Assembly: GCA_020184695.1 (NCBI GenBank)
Contig: JAANOX010000007.1
Span: 1-64,000 of the forward strand
Source of the DNA: Histomonas meleagridis 2922-C6/04-290x
Lineage: Eukaryota > Protista > Parabasalia
Reading direction: 5' to 3'
DNA: 64,000 nt
The translations under genes were made by a program, and so were the position numbers. Shown piece by piece: positions 55,724-64,000 of this stretch; the first letter of the stretch is position 1, and each line of letters opens with the position of its first letter. The notes under the pieces were generated by a model. The model saw nothing but the letters and a program-made list of their open reading frames with translations, searched no databases and was not told where the DNA came from.

Positions 55724-56458
55724 ATGAAGGTTCTTATTGTTATTGCTCACTGCGATCCAAACAAGAATGCAACAGCATACAGGTTTGCTAATGCCTGCAA
55801 AGAAGCCTTAGAAGCAGCAAAGAATGAAGTTAAAATCACTGATCTTGTTCATGAAGGTTTCGATCGGACTGCTACACCTGATGACTTTAAGAAGATTGCT
55901 GATCCAAACAAATTCAACTACATCGGAAACCAGTTACCAGCTGACAACTTATGTGAAACCATCAGGAAACAACAAGAACTCATTGGATGGTGTGACCACG
56001 TCGTCGTCATTGCACCAATGTACTTCTTCCGTTTACCAGCTTGTCTTTATGCATGGTTCGAACGTTGCTTCACAATTGGGTTCGCATTTGGCAAGGAAAC
56101 AATGGAGAAAGGCCCACTCAAAGGCAAGAAGGCATCAATTATAATTACAGCTGGTGGTACATTAGCTCATTTTGCCTCAAGAGGATATGCTCCACTTGAG
56201 TCAATATTATATTCATCAACTTATCAATTCCGTTATTGCGGTTTCACAGCAACACGTACATTACTTTATCCTTCTGCTAACAGTCCTGAAGTTGTCGAAA
56301 AGGAAGGTGAATATATTGAGAAATTAAAGAAGGCAATCGTCAAACTTGATTCATGGCCACTTCTTCCAATCCTCCACGGAAAGCCACAAGAAGGTGAAAA
56401 GAATGAACCAGAAATTTTTGCACAACTTGAGCCATTACTTGTTGATGACCTTCTTTGA
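55724..56458 (+). CDS. Flavodoxin-fold NAD(P)H:quinone oxidoreductase (NQO/KefF/MdaB, Flavodoxin_2 family)
   Basis: MKVLIVIAHCDP, CDHVVVIAPMYFFRLPACLYAWFERCFTIGFAF, LKGKKASIIITAGG. Confidence 0.88.
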   Translation: MKVLIVIAHCDPNKNATAYRFANACKEALEAAKNEVKITDLVHEGFDRTATPDDFKKIADPNKFNYIGNQLPADNLCETIRKQQELIGWCDHVVVIAPMYFFRLPACLYAWFERCFTIGFAFGKETMEKGPLKGKKASIIITAGGTLAHFASRGYAPLESILYSSTYQFRYCGFTATRTLLYPSANSPEVVEKEGEYIEKLKKAIVKLDSWPLLPILHGKPQEGEKNEPEIFAQLEPLLVDDLL

Positions 56459-56652
56459 GGTTGAGCTTCAGATTTTTCCATCTGAATAAACAAAATGGTG
56501 AAACATGAGATCTTTTTAACTCATTGTTGTAGCATCATCAGCGTTTGCGCATTTAAAGTAACGAACAAATTTTTATTTGAATGAAGTAACTTTTTCTGAT
56601 ATATCATCAGTTGTCAATTTAAAGACTTTTCAGAGGATTTTATTCAAAAAAA

Positions 56653-56658
56653 TCACTT
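56653..56658 (+). promoter_or_regulatory. Putative Inr (TCACTT) for the DCX gene
   Basis: TCACTT about 32 nt upstream of the ATG at 56690. Confidence 0.5.
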
Positions 56659-56689
56659 TTCTAAGAAAGGTTCGAATTTGCCATATCAC

Positions 56690-57049
56690 ATGACTTGCGC
56701 ACCAAAGAGAGTTGGTCCTGGAGGTCCTAAAGCATTCGATATGGATGCATCACGTCCACCTGCATGTCTTTTCTGGAATCTTGGTGAAAAGAACTGCGAT
56801 GGAGTCAATGTTCAAATCAAACCAACATTATTTAGAAAATGGGAACAATTATTAACACACTTAGCACAAAAGTGTGGATGTGGTCAAGGTGTACGTGCAC
56901 TCTTCACTCCATCTGGGCATCAACTTAAAGAATTTTCTGAATTAAAAGATGGAATTGATGTTGTTGTTGTTCCATCCGGATATAAATTCGATAAGCATCG
57001 TCTCCCTGTTAAACTTGCCGCCAAAATCGGTGTTCCAACAACTGCCTAA
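56690..57049 (+). CDS. Small doublecortin (DCX)-domain protein
   Basis: FWNLGEKNCDGVNVQI..FRKWEQLL..VRALFTPSGHQL..LKDG..VVV follows the DCX consensus. ATG at 56690 lies downstream of a TCACTT initiator. Confidence 0.8.
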   Translation: MTCAPKRVGPGGPKAFDMDASRPPACLFWNLGEKNCDGVNVQIKPTLFRKWEQLLTHLAQKCGCGQGVRALFTPSGHQLKEFSELKDGIDVVVVPSGYKFDKHRLPVKLAAKIGVPTTA

Positions 57050-57591
57050 ACATGCATTGTCTAATTTGCTTTTTTTCGACTTAGTGTCAAACTCCAATTC
57101 CTTTAACAAATAAGTATTTGTTTCCCTGCAATTATTGCCTCCCACAAGTTCACCAAATCAAAAGCTCAAAATAGGGAACTAAGGGGACGGTTTTCTCTCA
57201 AAAAGAAATAAGCAAATCACGCAATTATTTGTAAACATCAGAAATAGAATTTTTTGAATCGATTTTAATCAGATTTTCGGCATCGATGCCTCCTATCGTT
57301 TGTTTTCGATAAAAGTGATTTTGGCGGCTCCCAAAAAATATGTGCGTCACAATTTGAAATATTTATGAGTAATATGATATGCTGCAAGGTTAGCCTCTAC
57401 AATATTATACATTCAAAGCTGCTAAAGATTTTGAAAAAAAAAAAAACAATTTTATAAAATTTAATGTTTCTATTGGATTTGCTATAATAAGCATAAAATA
57501 TATAATAAAGAAAACATAAGATATGCCAAATAACAAAAATGTTTGTATTTAATAAATAAAAAAAATTTTTTTGTTATTAAAATATGTTTAT

Positions 57592-59730
57592 TTATATCTG
57601 ACTGATAAATTTTTCTTCTTTGAAATCGACTGCAAATGGATCTTCTTCAATATTTGAATTATTATTCCCAACTGAAAATGTATTATCTATTTCATTAATT
57701 TTATTATTATTTTCATCTGAAAAATTCATTTCTTCTTCATTTTGTTTTCGCTTCATATTTTGATATTTAATCATAAATATTATGATTATCAATACAAATA
57801 CAATAATTATTACAATTACAACAACAATTATAATGATAATTAATGTATTATTATCATCAGTGTTTATTATTACATCTTCGATATAAGAAATATAAAAGAA
57901 ATTCGAATAATAAGTAAAATATTCTGGATAATATATAATTGTATAATTATAATATATAAAATCGACATAAATATATTTAGTTTCAGATTCAATGAAAGTA
58001 ACTGAATAAGATTTTAAGAACGTATAATAATAAATTGATAAAGTTTTTATAAACGATAAAAAATAAGTTAAAGTATAAGTGTTAACGAAAGTAAAATTCA
58101 TCGAAAATGTATCAACATAAGTATTTGACTCAAAAGTATTTTTTGATTTCGTAAATGTATTTGATTTGATAAATGTATTACTAATTGTAAATGTATTTGA
58201 GTCAGTAAATGTTCGTGTTGGCGGGAGACATGCGTCAAGTGTTGTTCCCTTAGTAATTTCCATATTTCCAAATGTTTCATTTTGATATGTTTCTATTGTC
58301 ATAACTGTTGCCGCATTTATATTAACAAATGCATCATTTTGTATTTTTGGTGAAATTTCTCCATTAAAATAAATACATTGAAGTGATGTACAATTAACAA
58401 ATGCACATGAATTAATATATTGAACATTTTCATCAATAAAAATTCTTTCTAAATTATTACAATAAGCAAATGTATAATTCATAATAGAAATGACTGATTT
58501 AGGAATTGAAAATGTTTTACTGTTCCCATTCGGATAACTAATGATTTGTGTAATTTCTTTATTATATAAAACGCCATCATTTTCATAACTCGAATATCCA
58601 ATATTTTCATCTGAAACATTAATAAATTGAAGATTTGTACATTCTAAAAATGCATTTCCAATTGAAGTAACAGAACTTGGTATATAAATATTCACAAGGA
58701 TTGTACACCCTCTGAATGCATCAGCGCCAATATTTCGTACGCCTTCATATAAAGTTATCGTTTCAAGTCCTGTACATTTATAAAATGCATTATCACTAAT
58801 GGAATTACAACGAATTGTAATATTATTTAATGAAATACATTCTGCAAATGCACCACCTCCAATTCCACTCATTAATTTATCTGGAAATTGGACATATTCT
58901 AATTTTGTACATGATGCAAATGCTCCACTATTTATATTTTCAACTGTTTCTCCAATTATTACTGTTGTTAATAAAGGCCATTCTCTGAATGCATTACTTT
59001 CAAGCTCGCCAACATCAATAATTATAATGTGTTCTGTAACATTCATATAATCATTTGAATAATCATTGGAATCAGATATTGTGAGTGTTTTTGTCTCTTC
59101 GTCACATGATTGCTTTGTATTAACAAAAAATATAATCATTAAAATCAAAAATATTTTGAAATTTTGTTTATTTTTATCATAAATTAAATAACTTTTATAA
59201 AAATATTTAATAAATTGAAAAAGAATATTAAATATAATTAAAAATGATATAATATATAAATTGTTAATTGTTGATTTAAATATGTAATATAAGAAATTCC
59301 TCAATATAAAATAAAATATTTTTACTTTATTCATTATATAAATATCAAAATAAATCGAAATTTTCTTCAAAGTATAAATAAAGTGATATTTAAATTTATA
59401 AAAAGTAATTAATTCGAAACATTTTTTCATAATATCAAATGGTGTTATAAATAAATGACTTAATAAATGATAATATTTGCAACTTATTTTATGGTACTTT
59501 ATATATGAGAAAAATGAAATTTTGTAATTTGAATGATTTTTGTTATGATTTGACAAATAATGAATATATTTGTTCTGTTGAAGTTGATTTGTTGTTACAT
59601 TTTTGTTTTTGAAATTTATATATTTTATATTTTTATGATAAATTTTTTCATCGAAAAATATGTTGGATATAAGATCAATGAAATGAATGGTGAAGATCAC
59701 TAATATACATATTTCGTTATTTTTCATCAA
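57592..59730 (-). CDS. BspA-like LRR surface protein with an unusual long hydrophobic N-terminal extension
   Basis: TpLRR repeats, FTxSNTF Ser/Thr repeats, a TM, and a cytosolic DPFAVDFKEE tail. There are 197 stop-free AT-rich codons before the signal-like MIIFFVN at 59139. Confidence 0.85.
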   Translation of the reverse strand: MMKNNEICILVIFTIHFIDLISNIFFDEKIYHKNIKYINFKNKNVTTNQLQQNKYIHYLSNHNKNHSNYKISFFSYIKYHKISCKYYHLLSHLFITPFDIMKKCFELITFYKFKYHFIYTLKKISIYFDIYIMNKVKIFYFILRNFLYYIFKSTINNLYIISFLIIFNILFQFIKYFYKSYLIYDKNKQNFKIFLILMIIFFVNTKQSCDEETKTLTISDSNDYSNDYMNVTEHIIIIDVGELESNAFREWPLLTTVIIGETVENINSGAFASCTKLEYVQFPDKLMSGIGGGAFAECISLNNITIRCNSISDNAFYKCTGLETITLYEGVRNIGADAFRGCTILVNIYIPSSVTSIGNAFLECTNLQFINVSDENIGYSSYENDGVLYNKEITQIISYPNGNSKTFSIPKSVISIMNYTFAYCNNLERIFIDENVQYINSCAFVNCTSLQCIYFNGEISPKIQNDAFVNINAATVMTIETYQNETFGNMEITKGTTLDACLPPTRTFTDSNTFTISNTFIKSNTFTKSKNTFESNTYVDTFSMNFTFVNTYTLTYFLSFIKTLSIYYYTFLKSYSVTFIESETKYIYVDFIYYNYTIIYYPEYFTYYSNFFYISYIEDVIINTDDNNTLIIIIIVVVIVIIIVFVLIIIIFMIKYQNMKRKQNEEEMNFSDENNNKINEIDNTFSVGNNNSNIEEDPFAVDFKEEKFISQI

Positions 59731-60743
59731 TTTGACGATCGTAATTACAAGATATATTCTTGATTTTGACTCAAACTAATAACCTTCAAATTTTCATCAA
59801 AAATGTATGAAATTGGTTGTTTTCCATCTGAAATTGCAAGTGTCATCAAAAATTTAATCAATATGAGTCATAAACAATGATAAGTGAGATGATAATGTTT
59901 TCTTCTCATTTTCGCTTTTAGCTTGATACAAAATATTCTTGTAATCATATCAATTTTACACACAAAACGATCAAAATCACTCAATACAACAATAATTCAA
60001 TACTGAGCTTTCATATGAAATTATCAACTTTTCTATATAGTCATTTCAATTATTTTAAAATCCAACTGCCTTTTACAGTCAAATTAAAATCTGATACATT
60101 AAAAAACATTTTCACATAAATTATCTTCATAAGCAATGAACATTTTTAAAAAAATTTTTTATTGTTTTTTGATGATGATAGCTCCTTTCTTGTATTCAGC
60201 AGTGATTTAAAAGCGACTCATATGTCCAAACAAAGCGATTTATTCAAAAAGAAAGAACAAATTTATTTTCTAGATAAATGAACAACAAAAAAAAAAAAAA
60301 CGATTTTTTCATTTAAATTTATAAACTATTCGAATATTTTAACAAACGCTAATTAATCTTGGAATTCTTAAGCTATTCCAAGTATGTAATAAGAATAGTC
60401 CATGTTTTATCATTGTCCTATTCTCTTATATTTTCGACAGAAACAAAGCAACAACAATTAATTTACTTCTTTGAAACTCATATTTTAAAATTTTAATATC
60501 ATTTTGTAGAAGTTGTATTTGAATGCTTGTCTTCAAATATTTGGATAGAAATTATTTTTGTACAAAATGGCATTGAAATAAATTTAGTATCTTAGAATTT
60601 CATAAAGTTGAAAGTGATTTACACTTATGAAAATATCAGAACACTAATAGAGTTGTAAGATAAAATGGACATTCATTTCATAATTTATAAAAAACAAAAC
60701 ATTTATTATACATATATACATATATCCATGCGAGCACACACAT

Positions 60744-63386
60744 TTAGTCCGCTTGCTCTTCATCTATATCAAATGACAATATGTTTCCATCGCTCAAATT
60801 AATCTGTCTTGACACTATTATGAAGTCATTGATCACTTGTCTTAACTTTTCGCAGCTTTGCGCCCCGTTTATTATTTCTCCGGAGATACACCTTAGTTCA
60901 TCCTGGGTAAGGTTTGGGAATGTTGAAACCAACTTCTGGAAGACGAAATCAAATATTTTGGTCACGTCCAAAAAATTTAATTTTCCGGCAGCTGCAATTT
61001 GGAGCAAATGATACAATGACTGCGTGACTTGCGAGAACAAGAAAGAATGTAATCCGTCAAACATCACATCAAAGAATTGTGATATTAGTTCGAAATAAAA
61101 CGTTGAATAAAAGTCATTAATCACATTTAAATCGTTGTTTGAATCTAATTGCAATAAAACTGTTGAAACACAATTGAACGATAATTCAGATATGTCCGTT
61201 TGTGGATGAAGCATCCCATAAAAACAATAATGAAATAAGCAATTAAACATTTCGCGAGGTATCTGAAAGAAGTATTCAAAAATGGATCGAATTAATTTAT
61301 AAAAAGGTAAACGTATTTCGGGGTACTCCGTAAACGTCTTCGAAATGTGTTCAAAAGTTGGCGCCAAAAAGTTATTGAATAAATATGGGACTAAATCGAC
61401 ATTGCCTTCCTTGATTAATATTGAAAAAAATTCAAATGCTTCAAAAGAATGAAATTTACCAAAATCAGAATAAACTTCATTAACTAATGTGGGGATACAA
61501 GATGATTGTGGAAATGATTTTAGAAATTCTTGGAATAATTCATATAATTGATGTCTTTCTAACTCATTTTGTGTGTTCTTAAAATCATTTATTATGTTTT
61601 GAATAATTTGTTCAATCGATTGTTGAAAATCATTTCCAACAATTGATATTAATTCTGTTATGATGTCAATTCGATTTGCATGATTTAATAAAACGACTAT
61701 CATTTTTTGTCTTTCGGCTTCATCTCGACAATTTTTAACAATATATTTTAAACTTATAAAAAATGATTGATGTAAAAAAGGAGGGATTTTTTGTAAAAGA
61801 ACATCAATTTGCTCAAATATTTGATTCGAATAACCGTTATCAACGATCAATTTCCCGCAACTTTTTGTTAAGTTTATAAACGTTTTGACGGCTACAAATT
61901 GGGCAAATTGATTTCCGCTTACAAAATACTCAAAATGCTTTGATAATGTTATTTCTAAAATAGGCAAGTTATTTGCTAAATACCGAGGATATAATGATAC
62001 TATATACATAAATGCGGCAGTTATTTGAGGTGAAAATTCATCATTATTTTGCATAAATCGTAATAATGACTCAATGATAATAGACAAAAACGCCTTTTCT
62101 TCGTTTTCTCCACACACACCTGAGATTGCGCCAATTGAATATATAATTGGTAACATTTGTTCATCATAATTTGGTCCATTAATTTTTTCGACAATAGCAC
62201 CTAGAATTTCATCTTTATGTACCCGAAATAGAATTAAAAGAGTTTCGCTCATCTTATCAAAGAGTTCTTTGTCACCATCGTACTCGGGCGGTTTTGACAT
62301 GCGACCACATAATGACTGCTGCAGTGGGAACAAGAAACAATTTGAGAAAGGAAGCATTTGTGTGTCACAAATAAATACCTTGGCAAGGTAATGCCACATG
62401 TCAACAATTTGGGCAAAAAGTTCTTCATCAACAATTTTTGTATATTCTATCATCCATTGAATTACAGTGTCATTTGGCATCAACGCACATCGATCTAACG
62501 TTACAAACTTTATAAGAATGTTTACAAGTGATGGAACTAATTCTTTGTCAATTAACATGGTTGAATCATTAGAAAGTAGACATATAAATTGGTTAAATAG
62601 CGTGACAATTAATGGGTTTGCTGTAGCTCTTTCACGTGAAACAATAGATGATAAACATTTAAGAATTGGAATTCGAAAATGTGGATATGGCATAAGATCA
62701 CTAAAGAAAAAATCAAATATCTTGTCGTCTTCTACAAATTTAAGATCAACCCATTCGAGATATTGGGATAACGTAATTAATGATTCAATTTTGATTTCTT
62801 CCATATTGTTTTCTTGCAAAAAAGCAAATCTAAGAAAGTTATAGATTATTTGAAAATTTTGATATAAGGCCAAAATCAATTGCCTCTTTTTTGAAGCAAT
62901 TAATTTGGAATGTCGTATTTGTTCTGAGAAACTTCCAAAAAAGTAAACACAGTTGAGCATAGTCATGGGATTTTCATTAGAAATAGCTATGATATCAGAA
63001 ATAAAAGAAGGCCAGTTTTCAGGCCATTCTTCAAATAGGATTTGAATCAATACACTATCTAGTTGGCGAAGAACTTGAATATTTAACCCTTTTGTTGGCC
63101 ATTCTCGAACCAAATCAAAGTAAAAACTTTTTAATTGTGATTTTTGTTGTTCCGAAAAAAGATTCCATTGTGATTTTATTTTAGACGCAATAGCTGAAAG
63201 GCAGAGGTATTTTGCTTCCTGAGAAGTTGAATCCGTAAATAAAGTGTGAAAAATGTATAATGAATATGGCTGGTCAGATAAGGATTGAATTAATTCGCGT
63301 GATTTTTCAGATTCTAATGTATTTTGATAGAAACATTTAGCTATTTCTTCGAAATCGCTGACTTGGATTGGAATGGTTGAATTCAT
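60744..63386 (-). CDS. XPO1: Divergent exportin-1 (CRM1/XPO1)-like karyopherin
   Basis: EEWPENWPSFISDII, RMSKP, YSIGAISG, MYIVSLYPRYL and EYPEIRLPFYKLI match CRM1 blocks as recalled. ATG at 63386. Confidence 0.8.
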   Translation of the reverse strand: MNSTIPIQVSDFEEIAKCFYQNTLESEKSRELIQSLSDQPYSLYIFHTLFTDSTSQEAKYLCLSAIASKIKSQWNLFSEQQKSQLKSFYFDLVREWPTKGLNIQVLRQLDSVLIQILFEEWPENWPSFISDIIAISNENPMTMLNCVYFFGSFSEQIRHSKLIASKKRQLILALYQNFQIIYNFLRFAFLQENNMEEIKIESLITLSQYLEWVDLKFVEDDKIFDFFFSDLMPYPHFRIPILKCLSSIVSRERATANPLIVTLFNQFICLLSNDSTMLIDKELVPSLVNILIKFVTLDRCALMPNDTVIQWMIEYTKIVDEELFAQIVDMWHYLAKVFICDTQMLPFSNCFLFPLQQSLCGRMSKPPEYDGDKELFDKMSETLLILFRVHKDEILGAIVEKINGPNYDEQMLPIIYSIGAISGVCGENEEKAFLSIIIESLLRFMQNNDEFSPQITAAFMYIVSLYPRYLANNLPILEITLSKHFEYFVSGNQFAQFVAVKTFINLTKSCGKLIVDNGYSNQIFEQIDVLLQKIPPFLHQSFFISLKYIVKNCRDEAERQKMIVVLLNHANRIDIITELISIVGNDFQQSIEQIIQNIINDFKNTQNELERHQLYELFQEFLKSFPQSSCIPTLVNEVYSDFGKFHSFEAFEFFSILIKEGNVDLVPYLFNNFLAPTFEHISKTFTEYPEIRLPFYKLIRSIFEYFFQIPREMFNCLFHYCFYGMLHPQTDISELSFNCVSTVLLQLDSNNDLNVINDFYSTFYFELISQFFDVMFDGLHSFLFSQVTQSLYHLLQIAAAGKLNFLDVTKIFDFVFQKLVSTFPNLTQDELRCISGEIINGAQSCEKLRQVINDFIIVSRQINLSDGNILSFDIDEEQAD

Positions 63387-64000
63387 TTTTTGGATTACCA
63401 ATTTTGAGTAAAGTATCCATAATTGAACGTAAAAACTTTGAATTAATATTCAATAATTCGATGTTTCAATGTGTCAAAAAAGTGATTATTTAAACGTACG
63501 CCAAACCTAAATGTCACTTTCCCCATCGGTTACATCATTAAAAGAAACAAAAAAATCAATAAAAAAACACATGTTTTTGTGAAACCCTGAAAATGTCATA
63601 TTAAGGTTTTCATTTACGACATGAATGACATTGAGTTTTAGAAATATTTTGAGTCATAACATTCTAATAAGATCAAAGAATACATCATTTTACATTAAAA
63701 TTTAATCAAATGAGAATTGAAATTATTAGATTGATGTAGATATAACGAGGAACAAAATAATAAAATATAAATCTCATGTGTATCAAAGCACCAACGTCAT
63801 GAGTGAGGAGATTTTATACGATCAAAATAGATTCAAAATATTTCTAAATTTGAAACTGAAATTATCGTATTTTTTTTTAAGTAATCCTCCTTGTTTAACA
63901 CATAAATACGATGCCTTTGTCAAAGTAAATTTCAATTTGCTCACTACTTTACTTGTGAAAGCTTCTACAAGTATTTAAATACTGTTTAGTAATTCAACAA

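Noticed and set aside
56665-56685. tRNA T-loop (GGTTCGAAT)
   Set aside because: The flanks do not form a T-stem or cloverleaf. No tRNA or rRNA was recognised anywhere in the window.

Overview
AT-rich, gene-dense eukaryotic DNA that is essentially intron-less. It is most likely from a parabasalid (trichomonad/tritrichomonad), inferred from an initiator-binding-domain (IBD) protein, two BspA-like LRR surface proteins, DUF3447-type ankyrin genes and TCAYT initiator motifs just upstream of ATGs. About 30 protein genes are recognisable: proteasome beta-1, POC1-like WD40, inositol 5-phosphatase, Sec24-like, Ash2-like SPRY, choline-transporter-like, PRMT5, PHD/SET3-like, centrin, Cdc25, Tctex-1, RING E3, syntaxin-5, gamma-adaptin-like, BLTP2/Hobbit-like, Vti1-like, flavodoxin-fold quinone reductase, DCX protein and a divergent exportin-1. 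The window also holds a complete Mutator-like (MULE) DNA transposon (33408-35737) with about 116-bp TIRs and a perfect 9-bp TSD, a 26-bp minisatellite, and a decayed GC-richer island at 1-3200. The most striking structure is the 3' half of the DUF3447-ankyrin gene (8.3-10.0 kb). Ten intact ankyrin modules, diversified at their binding positions, are each separated by a frame-breaking, hairpin-forming AT-rich linker with no spliceosomal signals. The same linkers recur, with different lengths and an in-frame stop, in a paralog at 48.1-49.6 kb. This points to an unexplained processing mechanism (non-canonical introns, recoding, or a silent cassette library), although simple decay cannot be excluded from sequence alone. 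Several genes have single-base frameshifts in short homopolymers, probably long-read assembly errors. All family assignments are from motif recognition, without database searches.
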